Source: Candidatus Lustribacter sp. (GTDB taxonomy: Bacteria > Vulcanimicrobiota > Vulcanimicrobiia > Vulcanimicrobiales > Vulcanimicrobiaceae). From it: a stretch of DNA of 64,000 bases. Below the pieces are notes generated by a model that searched no databases, was not told where the DNA came from, and worked only from the letters and a program-made list of their open reading frames with translations. Below are positions 38,834-48,229 of this stretch, in pieces; the first letter of the stretch is position 1, and every line of letters starts with the position of its first letter. The stretch lies in contig OZ255842.1 in the NCBI GenBank assembly GCA_965277805.1, forward strand, positions 1,184,001-1,248,000. The letters are read 5' to 3'. The position numbers and the translations under genes were made by a program.

Positions 38834-39817
38834 ATGACTCGTTCGATCGTCTTGCGCGGCATAGCCGGGCTGCTCGGAATCACCGTCATGCTTGCCGGCG
38901 CCACGCGCACCGCGCAAACCGCAGCACCGGAAGAGATTCGCGTCGGACGAGCGGTGTCGACCGCGTTTGCGTTCGCAACGCTGGAAGTCGGCAACGACGC
39001 GCACATCTGGGATAAAGTCGGTCTGAAGCTCGACATCTCGACGTTCAAGGGCGATGCCGACGTGCAGCGCGCCATGACGGCCGCGCAGATCGACTTCGGC
39101 CTCGGCGGCGGACCCGCGATGGGCTATCACAACAAAGGCGTTCCGGGCATCGCCGTTGCGTCGATGTACGGTCCGCCGACCGACATGGCGATCGTCGTCG
39201 CCAACAACGGTCCGATCAAGAACGTTAACGATTTCAAAGGCAAGAAGCTCGGCGTCACGACGGCCGGCTCGCTGACCGACTGGCTCGTGCACGCGTTTGC
39301 GCAAAAACAGGGCTGGGGCCCCGAGGGCGTTGACTCGGTCGCGATGGGCTCGACCGAAGCGCGCGTTTCAGCGATCGAGTCCGGGCAGATTGCCGGCACC
39401 GTGCAAGATATCGGCGTCGGCTACGATCTCGAAACGCAAGGCAAAGGCAAGGTCTTCAAAACGTTCGGCGACTACGTGCCGAAATTCGAAACGCACGTGC
39501 TCTTCGCCACCGACGACATGATCAAGAACCATCCCGACACCGTGAAGAAATTTCTGCGCGGCTGGTTCATGACCGTCGCCTACATGCGCACGCACAAGGC
39601 CGAGACGGTGAAGTCGATCGCGCCGGTACTCGGCGAATCCGAAGCCATCGTCGGGCGCCTCTACGACAACGACATGTCGGCGATGTCGAGCAACGGAGCC
39701 TGGGATCCGCAAGCGGTCTCCGTGGTCGCGCAATCGCTGAAGGACCTCGGCCTCTCCGACACCGTCCTCGATCCGAAGGTCATGCTCAACTCGCAGTTCG
39801 TGCCCGTCAAGATCTGA
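38834..39817 (+). CDS. ABC substrate-binding protein (NitT/TauT/SsuA type)
   Basis: Signal peptide, DFKGKKLGVTTAGS; first gene of ABC operon. Confidence 0.9.
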   Translation: MTRSIVLRGIAGLLGITVMLAGATRTAQTAAPEEIRVGRAVSTAFAFATLEVGNDAHIWDKVGLKLDISTFKGDADVQRAMTAAQIDFGLGGGPAMGYHNKGVPGIAVASMYGPPTDMAIVVANNGPIKNVNDFKGKKLGVTTAGSLTDWLVHAFAQKQGWGPEGVDSVAMGSTEARVSAIESGQIAGTVQDIGVGYDLETQGKGKVFKTFGDYVPKFETHVLFATDDMIKNHPDTVKKFLRGWFMTVAYMRTHKAETVKSIAPVLGESEAIVGRLYDNDMSAMSSNGAWDPQAVSVVAQSLKDLGLSDTVLDPKVMLNSQFVPVKI

Positions 39818-39825
39818 GTTCCACC

Positions 39826-40641
39826 GTGCCGCCTGCGATCGTCGTCGATCGCGTCTCGCAACTGTTCCCGGGTGCGAACGGTGCGCCGGACGCCCGTGCC
39901 CTGGACGAAGTCTCGCTCGAGATCAACCGCGGCGAGTTCGTGTGTCTGCTCGGCCCGTCCGGCTGCGGTAAGAGCACGCTGCTGAACATCATCGGCGGTC
40001 TGCTCGCGCCGACGAACGGCGGCGTGAAGATCGGCGAGAAGGCCGTGCGCGGCCCGTTGCCGAGCGACGTCGCGTTCGTGTTCCAAGAGAGCACGCTCTT
40101 GCCGTGGTACACGGTGCTCGAGAACTTTCGCGTGTCGCTGGAATTCCAGGGCCGTACCGACGGCTGGCGCGAGCACTCGCTGGCCGCGTTGTCCGAAGTC
40201 GGCATGCAAGGCTTTTCCGGCTACTATCCGAGCCAGCTCTCGATCGGGATGAAGCAGCGCATCAACATGGCGCGCGGCATCGCGCTCGATACCGGCATCC
40301 TCTTGATGGACGAACCGTTCGCCGCGCTCGACGAGCAGACGCGCCTCGTGCTGGGCGAAGATCTCTCGGTGCTGCTCGCGCGCACCGGCAAGACGATCGT
40401 GTTCGTCACCCATTCGCTCTCCGAAGCGGTGCTGCTGGCCGATCGCATCGTGGTTATGACCGCGCGCCCGGGCAAGATCAAGTCAATCATCTCCGTCGGC
40501 GAACCGCACCCGCGCTCGCCCGACTTCATGCTGCAGCCGCATTTCTCGGAAATCCGCAACCAGTGCTACGAGCTGCTGCGCGATGAGATCCGCACGACCG
40601 TCGATGCAATGCGCGAGGCTCGCGATGCTCGCACCGGCTAA
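39826..40641 (+). CDS. ABC ATP-binding protein (TauB/SsuB type)
   Basis: GPSGCGKS, LSIGMKQR, LLMDEPF. Confidence 0.95.
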   Translation: MPPAIVVDRVSQLFPGANGAPDARALDEVSLEINRGEFVCLLGPSGCGKSTLLNIIGGLLAPTNGGVKIGEKAVRGPLPSDVAFVFQESTLLPWYTVLENFRVSLEFQGRTDGWREHSLAALSEVGMQGFSGYYPSQLSIGMKQRINMARGIALDTGILLMDEPFAALDEQTRLVLGEDLSVLLARTGKTIVFVTHSLSEAVLLADRIVVMTARPGKIKSIISVGEPHPRSPDFMLQPHFSEIRNQCYELLRDEIRTTVDAMREARDARTG

Positions 40642-41404
40642 CGCCGCCGCACTGCGCCAAACCTCGATCGTTCGCGCGATCCAGCTCGCCGTCGTGGTCG
40701 CGCTGTTTGCCCTTTGGGTCGGCCTCACGTCGTCGCACGCGGTCAACTCGCTCTTTCTGCCGGCGCCGCTCGCGGTGCTCGGGGCGCTCTCGCACTTGGT
40801 CGGCACGCAGAGCTTTTGGGGCGCGATCGGCGTCACCGCGCTCTCGACCGCGGTCGCCTATGCGATCGCGTCGACCTTGGGCGTGGTGTGCGGGTTCTTC
40901 ATCGGCCGCTCACCGCGGCTCACGATCGCGTACCGGCCGATCCTCTCCGGAATGTTCGCAATTCCGTTGACGCTGTTCTTTCCGCTCTTCGTCGTGATGT
41001 TCGGGCTCGGACCGCCCTCGAAGATCGCGTTCGGCGCGCTCTACGGGTTCTTCCCGATCGTGCTGAATACGATCGCCGGCTTCTCGGGCATCGACCGGCT
41101 GTTCTTGCGCGCGGCGCAGTCGCAAGGCGCGACACGCGTGCAAATGCTGCGCTACATCTTCGTTCCGGGCGCTTGGCCGATCGTGCTGACCGGCTTGCGC
41201 ATCGGGTTTTTCATTACGTTCGCCTCCGTGCTGGGCGGCGAAACGCTGTCGTCGGCCTCGGGCGTTGGGCACGCCATCGCGCACGAAGGCGACTTGCTCG
41301 AGAGCCCGGCGATGTTCGCCTGGATCACGATCGTTCTCAGCGTCACGGTCGTGCTCAACATCGTGCTCTCGGTGGTGGAAAAACGTGCAGTCCGTAGCGC
41401 GTAG
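40625..41404 (+). CDS. ABC permease
   Basis: EAA-like loop RAAQSQGAT; TM helices. Confidence 0.9.
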   Translation: MLAPANAAALRQTSIVRAIQLAVVVALFALWVGLTSSHAVNSLFLPAPLAVLGALSHLVGTQSFWGAIGVTALSTAVAYAIASTLGVVCGFFIGRSPRLTIAYRPILSGMFAIPLTLFFPLFVVMFGLGPPSKIAFGALYGFFPIVLNTIAGFSGIDRLFLRAAQSQGATRVQMLRYIFVPGAWPIVLTGLRIGFFITFASVLGGETLSSASGVGHAIAHEGDLLESPAMFAWITIVLSVTVVLNIVLSVVEKRAVRSA

Positions 41405-42152
41405 GCCGCTCTCGGCCGCCGCGATCCGCTGGTGGACGATCGCCGGCCTGATCGTGCTGTGGGAAGTCGCGGCACGCTTGTTCGGCGATCCGGCGTTCGT
41501 CGCGCCGCCGTCCCGCGTGCTGCTCGGCCTGCCCGGACTCTTCGCCGATCACAAGGTCGCGGTCGCCCTCGGGACCGCTGCGCTGGAGATGATCATCGCC
41601 TTCGTGCTCGCGGTGATCGTCGGCGCGATCGTCGGCGTCGCGATCGGCATTACCACGATCGGCCGGCGCAGTTTCTTTCCGTTCGTATTGCTGATGTGGG
41701 GCTTGCCGCAAGTCGTCGTGCTGCCGCTCGTGATCCTGATCTTCGGCCTCGGACCGGTGAGCCGCGTTGCGTTCGGATTCACGCACGGCATTTTGCCCGT
41801 GATCGTCACGACGGTGACAGGGATGCGTTCGGTCAGCCCGCTGTTGCTCTCGAGCGCGCGTTCGATGGGCGCCTCGCAAGCGCAGGTGCTGCGTCACATC
41901 ATCTTTCCGACGATGGTCGCGACGGTGTTTACCGGGCTGCGCTTGGCGATGTCGCTGACGCTGCTCGGCGTGGTGCTGGCCGAGCTCTTCGTGTCGTCGA
42001 ACGGCATCGGCAACTACACGCAGATTTTCGCCGAAACGTTCCATCCCGACAAGCTCTACGGGCTGATCCTGGTGCTGGCGGTCACCGCGGTCGTCCTCAA
42101 CGAGCTCGTGGGCCTCGTGGAGAAGCGGTTCTCGCGCTGGAAACTGGGTTAA
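41385..42152 (+). CDS. ABC permease
   Basis: SARSMGASQ, GLRLA, LAELF. Confidence 0.9.
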   Translation: MQSVARRPLSAAAIRWWTIAGLIVLWEVAARLFGDPAFVAPPSRVLLGLPGLFADHKVAVALGTAALEMIIAFVLAVIVGAIVGVAIGITTIGRRSFFPFVLLMWGLPQVVVLPLVILIFGLGPVSRVAFGFTHGILPVIVTTVTGMRSVSPLLLSSARSMGASQAQVLRHIIFPTMVATVFTGLRLAMSLTLLGVVLAELFVSSNGIGNYTQIFAETFHPDKLYGLILVLAVTAVVLNELVGLVEKRFSRWKLG

Positions 42153-43273
42153 TGGCCGTCCCTCGACAAGCTCGGGATAACAGGTTGACGGCGAGTTACT
42201 TCGTGACGTGCGCGGAGTCAGACATTGCGGCGCGCGCTGATGCGATCGCCTCGGAGCAGAGCGTCGAGTGCCCGCTCGAAGCGATTACGGAGCAGCGCAT
42301 TCTCGATGAGATCGTGGCGCGCGTGACGTCGATCGCGCCGGCCGGCCCCGGCCGCTTCCGCGTCGAGGTGGCGATCGCCGCGCAAACGATCGGTGCGAAT
42401 CCCGTGCAGTTCATCAACATGGTGTTCGGCAACGCGTCGCTGTGGGACGACGTGCAATTCGCCGGGCTCGACATTCCGGACGACGTGCTCGCGCTGTTTC
42501 CGGGTCCGCGTCACGGCATCGCCGGGATCCGGCGCATCCTCGGCGTGCCGGATCGTCCGCTGACCAATGCCGCGATGAAGCCGCAAGGCCTGCACGTGCC
42601 CGAGCTTGCCGCGATGTGCCGCACCTTCGCGCTGGCCGGGGTCGACATCATCAAGGACGACCACGGCATCGACGATCAGCACTACTCGCCGTTCGCCGAG
42701 CGCGTGCGCGCGTGCCAGGCCGCGACGGTTGAAGCCGTTGCCGCGACCGGCAAGACCGCGCTCTACGCGCCCAATCTCATCGGGACCCCGCGCGTGCTGC
42801 GCGAGCGCGCGCGCATCGCGCGCGAGGAAGGCGTGCGCGCGGTGCTCGTTGCGCCGATGCTCGTCGGCTTGCCTGCGTTCTTCGATCTCATCGATGAGTT
42901 CCCGGACTTCATCTATCTCGCGCACCCCTCGTTCGCCGGCGCGCGCCACATCGCACCCGAACTCCTATTCGGCCGCTTGCTGCGGTTGTTCGGCAGCGAC
43001 GCCGTGATCTTCGTCAACGTCGGCGGGCGTTTCGGCTACACGCACGAGATGTGCGCTGCGCTCGCCGCCGGAGCGCGCGCGCCGTGGGGCAACATCAGCC
43101 CAACGCTGCCCGTGCCGGCCGGCGGCATGCGCCTCGAACGCGTCGAGGAATTGCTCGATTTCTACGGCCCCGACACGATGCTGCTGATCGGCGGCAACCT
43201 CTTGATCGATCACGCGCGCGTACTAGAACGTACCCAAGAGTTCACCAAGCGCGTTGCGGAGTTTGTCAAGTGA
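42152..43273 (+). CDS. RuBisCO-like protein (form IV)
   Basis: EQSVE, FGNAS, FPGPRHGIAG, KPQG, DIIKDDHG, HPS, PAGG, IGG; ATG overlaps permease stop (TAATG). Confidence 0.92.
   Translation: MAVPRQARDNRLTASYFVTCAESDIAARADAIASEQSVECPLEAITEQRILDEIVARVTSIAPAGPGRFRVEVAIAAQTIGANPVQFINMVFGNASLWDDVQFAGLDIPDDVLALFPGPRHGIAGIRRILGVPDRPLTNAAMKPQGLHVPELAAMCRTFALAGVDIIKDDHGIDDQHYSPFAERVRACQAATVEAVAATGKTALYAPNLIGTPRVLRERARIAREEGVRAVLVAPMLVGLPAFFDLIDEFPDFIYLAHPSFAGARHIAPELLFGRLLRLFGSDAVIFVNVGGRFGYTHEMCAALAAGARAPWGNISPTLPVPAGGMRLERVEELLDFYGPDTMLLIGGNLLIDHARVLERTQEFTKRVAEFVK
42159..42182 (-). repeat. Short REP-like unit inside RLP 5' coding region
   Basis: Reverse complement TGTTATCCCGAGCTTGTCGAGGGA; 22/24 identical to 49193-49216. 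Confidence 0.78.
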
Positions 43274-43438
43274 TATCGCGCTCGTTTTGCGCTCGCTTTG
43301 GTGGCCTTTGGATAAACGAATATTTTTCTCTCATTACCTAGCAACGTGCGGCTGAACGGAGCGTGCTGTGGGTAGGCGGGCATGCGAAGCGATCCGACTA
43401 GGATCGCCCATGCAACCTAGCTATTCGGAGATTCCCTC

Positions 43439-44845
43439 GTGAAACGATACAGTCTAGCCCTCGCGGTGACACTCGCCGCTACGGGCCTCGGCGCATCGTC
43501 AATGTCTACCGCGCAAGCGAATCCGCAAGGCAACTTGGCCAACTTGCACCCGATTCGCGTCGCACAAGCAACGACGGCGCCACCCGCAGATTTCGGTAGC
43601 GCCCCTTCGGGCGAAGTCCCGATTCTGTTCAACGACCAACACGTCTATAGCAAACCCGATCGTCTCAAACAAAACCGCGTTCTCGCTGCGCTCGTGCGCG
43701 GCAACGAAATCCTCGTCCCGCTGCGCTCGATGTTCGAACAGATGGGTGCGACGGTTTCATACGATCCCGCATCGAAAACAGCCGATGTCTCGAAGCCTGG
43801 CTCCGACGTCAAGGTAACCGTCGGCAAACCGGAAGTCGTGATCAACGGTGAAGCGCGTCCGCTCGACGTTCCGCCCGAAATTTATAAGGGCGCCGTCGTC
43901 GTTCCGGTCCGCGTTATTTCCGAAGGCATGGGTGCCTACGTCCAGTGGGTTCCCGAGAAGAAAGTCGTCGTCGTCCGCTACGTAGCGGCTCCGGTTCCGA
44001 CGCCGCCGCCCACCGCGCCGCCGACGGCACCGCCGACGCCGCGCCCGACTGCGCCGCCGACAGCGCCTCCGCCGCCGCCGCCGGTCGCAACGCCGGCTCC
44101 GACGCCGCCGCCCGCGGAACGCGTGTACGAACACTTCATCGTCGGCGATTACGTCGTGCGTCCGAACGCGTACAACCAGTTCGCGCCCGGTACGAACGTC
44201 GCAACGTGGGGTCCGTCATATGCGGGCCGCGCCGCGGTCGAATTCCCGCTGTTCAACATCCCCTTCATGGTTGAAGGCTACGGCGAACAGTATGCCTACA
44301 CGCATCCCGGCGGCTCGACGCCGTTCAACCCGAATTGCAACACGAACGGTCTCGCCGGCAATCCCGCTTGCGTAACGCCGCTCGGACCGGGCGGCGGAAG
44401 CCGCTGGGTGCCGCAATTCCAAGCCATCGATAGCGATGCCAGCGCTCGCGTCGGCATCCAGATCGCGAACCCGCGCATCTACCTCGCCGGTGCATATCTC
44501 TGGACCTCGACCAACTACGGTTATCCGCGGATGAACGGCGCTGGTTTCGGTATTGAGAAACTGCCCGACCTCGACCACTCGCTCTCGCTGTTCGGTAGCG
44601 CATACTACTACCCGAACGTGCAAGGCAACTTCACTGACCCGACGAGCGGCAACGTCTTCACCATTGAGGACCGCTTCCTGCAATATCAGGCCGGTGTCGT
44701 CTGGAACACCCCGTTCGGCTTCTCGAAACAGAGCGGCGTGTTCGTGGAAGCCGGGTTCATGGGGAACTCCACGATCAACAAGCAGTTCCTCCCGGGCAAC
44801 GGTCACGAATCCGGCGGGTTCGCCGGTATCGGTATCCACTTCTAA
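43439..44845 (+). CDS. Exported protein: copper-amine-oxidase N-terminal (stalk) domain, Pro/Thr linker, putative outer-membrane beta-barrel
   Basis: VPLRSMFEQMGATVSYD, VPVRVISEGMGAYVQW, PTAPP repeats, terminal GIGIHF. Confidence 0.78.
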   Translation: MKRYSLALAVTLAATGLGASSMSTAQANPQGNLANLHPIRVAQATTAPPADFGSAPSGEVPILFNDQHVYSKPDRLKQNRVLAALVRGNEILVPLRSMFEQMGATVSYDPASKTADVSKPGSDVKVTVGKPEVVINGEARPLDVPPEIYKGAVVVPVRVISEGMGAYVQWVPEKKVVVVRYVAAPVPTPPPTAPPTAPPTPRPTAPPTAPPPPPPVATPAPTPPPAERVYEHFIVGDYVVRPNAYNQFAPGTNVATWGPSYAGRAAVEFPLFNIPFMVEGYGEQYAYTHPGGSTPFNPNCNTNGLAGNPACVTPLGPGGGSRWVPQFQAIDSDASARVGIQIANPRIYLAGAYLWTSTNYGYPRMNGAGFGIEKLPDLDHSLSLFGSAYYYPNVQGNFTDPTSGNVFTIEDRFLQYQAGVVWNTPFGFSKQSGVFVEAGFMGNSTINKQFLPGNGHESGGFAGIGIHF

Positions 44846-44863
44846 AACCAAGCAACCCCTAGC

Positions 44864-44902
44864 AAGAGCGTCGCACAACCCGTGCGGCGCTCTTTTCTTT
44901 TT
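44864..44902 (+). terminator. Intrinsic terminator
   Basis: AAGAGCGTCGCAC / GTGCGGCGCTCTT stem followed by T tract. Confidence 0.85.
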
Positions 44903-44919
44903 GGGTAGAAGCGGTCCCG

Positions 44920-45651
44920 ATGGCCTACGAAGTAACCAAAAGCATCAAAGGACGTGACTACCGGTATCGCGTCGAGAGCCGGACGAATCCGGAGACGGGC
45001 CGGCCGGCGACGCGGTGGACGTATTTGGGTAAACTCGAAGGCGGCGAACTGATCGCACCGGCCCGGCCGGTCTCGCATCGTGTGACGCGTGATGAGATCG
45101 TGGCCGTGACAGCCAAGCTGCTCGAGACGCGCCCCGCGTCGCGCGTGACGGTCGCCGTGATCGCGCACCACGCCGGCGTGTCGCCCGGGACGTTCTACCG
45201 TCACTTCGCCGATCGCGACGAGGCCTTCAGCGCGGCGCTCGCCACGCTCGCCGAACAGTGCGTTGACGAATTGCCGGCTCTCGATGCGCCGGTGGGCACG
45301 CGCGATGCGGAACGCGCTCGTTTTGGGAACTGGTTCACCGCGCTCCACCGGGCCGTCGTGCGCGGCCGCGCATTCCGCTGGTTCATGACCGCCGGCGGCC
45401 ACGAAAAGTTCGAAGCCGCGATCGTGCAACAGCTGCGTATCGATCCGCGCGCATTGCTCGCCGGCTATTTCCGCATGCTGGAGGCGGCCGGCCTGACGCG
45501 AATCGGCGATGCCGATGCGCTGGCCAACGGCGTGCTGCGCCTGCACGCGGCGATCGTGCGCGACATCGTGCAGAACGGCGACGCCGAAGCCGACGCGTCC
45601 GGGCGCTGGGCTGAGGTTTTTCCGGTGATCGAGCGCGCGGTCTTCGCCTAA
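44920..45651 (+). CDS. TetR-family regulator with extra N-terminal domain
   Basis: HTH VTVAVIAHHAGVSPGTFYRHFADR preceded by about 45 aa beta-rich module. Confidence 0.85.
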   Translation: MAYEVTKSIKGRDYRYRVESRTNPETGRPATRWTYLGKLEGGELIAPARPVSHRVTRDEIVAVTAKLLETRPASRVTVAVIAHHAGVSPGTFYRHFADRDEAFSAALATLAEQCVDELPALDAPVGTRDAERARFGNWFTALHRAVVRGRAFRWFMTAGGHEKFEAAIVQQLRIDPRALLAGYFRMLEAAGLTRIGDADALANGVLRLHAAIVRDIVQNGDAEADASGRWAEVFPVIERAVFA

Positions 45652-45687
45652 AAAAGACCTTTCGCGCCGGGCCGTGAAGCCCGGCGC

Positions 45688-46770
45688 GTGAGCGACTACG
45701 AGACGACGACCGAAATTATCTTCGCCGCGGAGCAGAAGCTCGACGCGACCGTGTGGGATTACATCACCGGCGGTGCGGAAACGGAGACGTCGATCCGGCG
45801 CAACCGCGAGGCGATCGAAGCCCTGGCCTTTCGCGCGCGCATTTTGCGCAACGTCACGGCGATCGATACCTCGACGACGCTGCTGGGTACGAAGCTGCGC
45901 CTGCCCTACATCCTCGCGCCGGTCGGCGGCCTGCAGGGCGTCACCGAGGGCGGCGCGGCCGCGCAAGTGCGGGGTGCGTGCGAATTCGGAACGCTGCCGG
46001 TCGTGAGTTCGGTCTCGCTGCCCACGCTCGAAGAGAGTGCCGCCGCCGCGCCGGGCGACAAGTGGTTTCAGCTCTACGTCCGCGGCGATCTCGCATGGAT
46101 CGAGGCGATCGTCGGCCGCGCGCGCGACGCCGGTTTTCGCGCGCTCGTGATCACGGTCGACACCGCGATCTACAGCAACCGCGAGCGCCAGAAACTCAAT
46201 CGCTTCGTGCCGATGGGCCGGCGCGACATCGCGGGCGAAGATTTTCAAGCCGCGCTCGATTGGGATACGCTCGATCGCATCCGCGAATTCGCCGGCATGC
46301 CCGTGATCGTCAAGGGCATTCAGACGGCCGAAGATGCGGACCTGGCGATCGAACACGGCGTCGCTGCGGTGTGGGTTTCCAATCACGGCGGCCGGCAGCT
46401 CGATCACGCGATCGGCTCGCTCGACGTGTTGCCCGAGGTCGTCGCGGTGGTGCACGGCCGCGTGCCCGTCATCGTCGACGGCGGCTTCATGCGCGGCACC
46501 GACATCCTCAAGGCGATCGCGCTCGGCGCGTCGGTCGTGGCGGCGGGCCGCATGCACGCGTGGGCGCTCGGCGCGGGCGGCGTTCCGGCGCTCGTGCGCA
46601 TGCTCGAACTCGTCGAGAACGAGGTCGTGACGTCGATGGGTCTGCTCGGCGTCACCTCACTCGCGCAGCTGAACCCGTCCTACGTGCGCCGGGCCGATGC
46701 GAGCATTGGACGCGGCGCGTTTCCGCTGTTGGAGCGCCTGGTCAAGGCCGCAGCGCCCCCCGCCGGGTGA
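45688..46770 (+). CDS. FMN-dependent alpha-hydroxy-acid oxidase
   Basis: WFQLY, TVD, VKGI, SNHGGRQLD, DGG. Confidence 0.95.
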   Translation: MSDYETTTEIIFAAEQKLDATVWDYITGGAETETSIRRNREAIEALAFRARILRNVTAIDTSTTLLGTKLRLPYILAPVGGLQGVTEGGAAAQVRGACEFGTLPVVSSVSLPTLEESAAAAPGDKWFQLYVRGDLAWIEAIVGRARDAGFRALVITVDTAIYSNRERQKLNRFVPMGRRDIAGEDFQAALDWDTLDRIREFAGMPVIVKGIQTAEDADLAIEHGVAAVWVSNHGGRQLDHAIGSLDVLPEVVAVVHGRVPVIVDGGFMRGTDILKAIALGASVVAAGRMHAWALGAGGVPALVRMLELVENEVVTSMGLLGVTSLAQLNPSYVRRADASIGRGAFPLLERLVKAAAPPAG

Positions 46771-48208
46771 ACATCGCGCGCACCGCATCGACGATGCGCA
46801 CGATGGCGGAACGGCGATAGGCGAAGCGCTCGTCCTCATCGGGAAAGTAGACCGCCATCACCGGGTTTGCTTCGAACACCAACACGTTGCCGTCGGCGCC
46901 GATGCCGAAGTCGATGCCGCCATATTCGAGGTCGAGCAGCGCCGCGATGCCGGTCAGCGCACGCATCGCCTGCGGGCCGAGATGGGCTGCCATATCGGTG
47001 AGGTAGGCCAGCTCCTCCGCGCGGTTGACGTCGTTGTTGCGCATGTCGGCTGAGAAGTAGTGGATCTTCCACGTCTTCGAGATCGCCAAATGCACCGGAT
47101 ACACCGCACCGTCGATGAAGAGCGCGCGATACTTGCGCATCGTGCCGTCGGGGCGGCTTGCATCCAGATAGGCGATGGCGTAGATCTCGCTGCCCGGCAG
47201 CGTTGCAAGCACGCGTGCAAGATCGCCGGGTTCGGCGACGAGCGCGAAATGTTCGCCCATGTGAAAGCCGGGCGAGCGCAACAGCAGCGGGAACGAAAAA
47301 CCACGCGCGCGCAGCGCTTCGGCCGTGATCTGCTCGCGCGGCAGCAGTTCGGTTTGCGGCGCGGTCACGCCGGGAACCGCGTTGAGCCGGCCGACTTCAT
47401 CTCGCCGCGTCCGCAGTACGGCGCCCGGCCGGTTCAGCGCCGGCGCGCCCGACGCCGCGATGATGCGCTCCGCGATCGCGAGCGTGTCGTCGCCGCGGTC
47501 GGCATCGGCGATCGCGTTGAAGATCAGATCGTGCGGCGGCAAGGTCATCCCGTCGCGATAGCTGTCGGCAACGAGCGAAGTGCTTTCGAGCTCGCGATCG
47601 TCCAGCAGCAGCGTGGTCACGATGTTGCCGCCGTGCGCGGCCAGCAGCACCAAGAGCCGGAGCGGCGTGCCGGTGCCGCGGTATGGGGCCGTGCGCACGA
47701 TCGGTTCAGCGAACGCGCGCTGCCGGTACGTCCGTGCGCCGGCGGCATTGCCTTGCGCTTCGAGCAGCAGCGCTAAGCCGAAACAGGCCGTCGGGTGCGC
47801 GGGTTCGAGTTCGAGCGCACGTTCGTAGGCCCGCCGCGCGGCCGCCGGATCGTCTTCGGAGAGCACGTTGCCGAGGTTGACGAACGCGTTCGCGTTCTCG
47901 GGGTAGTTTTTCGTTGCGTGCATGTAAAGAATGCGCGCTTCGGGCTTACGGTTCTCGAGGTAGAGCATCGTGCCGAGATTCATCAGCGCGCCGAAGTGCA
48001 GCGCGTCGCGCGCGAGCACGCCCTTGTACGCGCCGCGCGCGCGCGTCAGACGCCCGAGATCTTCGAGCAAGCACGCGCGCGCAAACAGCAGATCGACCGC
48101 ATCGCGATGCGTTTCCAGCGCGGTTTCGATCGCTGCCAGTGCTTCTTCGGTGACGTTGCCGTCGCACGTGACGCGGATCGCGAGCGTGGCCGGCTTCAGC
48201 GGCGGCAC
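46742..48208 (-). CDS. TPR-repeat protein with C-terminal ATP-grasp-like domain
   Basis: TPR helices; FPLLLRSPGFH, KYR, GGIDFG, VFEAN. Confidence 0.8.
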   Translation of the reverse strand: MPPLKPATLAIRVTCDGNVTEEALAAIETALETHRDAVDLLFARACLLEDLGRLTRARGAYKGVLARDALHFGALMNLGTMLYLENRKPEARILYMHATKNYPENANAFVNLGNVLSEDDPAAARRAYERALELEPAHPTACFGLALLLEAQGNAAGARTYRQRAFAEPIVRTAPYRGTGTPLRLLVLLAAHGGNIVTTLLLDDRELESTSLVADSYRDGMTLPPHDLIFNAIADADRGDDTLAIAERIIAASGAPALNRPGAVLRTRRDEVGRLNAVPGVTAPQTELLPREQITAEALRARGFSFPLLLRSPGFHMGEHFALVAEPGDLARVLATLPGSEIYAIAYLDASRPDGTMRKYRALFIDGAVYPVHLAISKTWKIHYFSADMRNNDVNRAEELAYLTDMAAHLGPQAMRALTGIAALLDLEYGGIDFGIGADGNVLVFEANPVMAVYFPDEDERFAYRRSAIVRIVDAVRAMFTRRGALRP

Positions 48209-48229
48209 GTGCCTACCGCGCGGCTTCGA

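Noticed and set aside
41432-43273. 613-aa RuBisCO-like ORF and possible CO2 fixation
   Set aside because: Extension overlaps the permease off-frame; KDDH motif, short length and no small subunit or prk indicate form IV
43990-44115. Tandem CCG-rich DNA repeat
   Set aside because: Explained by the encoded Pro/Thr linker
44842-46557. 571-aa antisense ORF and many similar Arg/Ala-rich ORFs in the track
   Set aside because: Shadow ORFs typical of high-GC DNA, opposite well-supported genes
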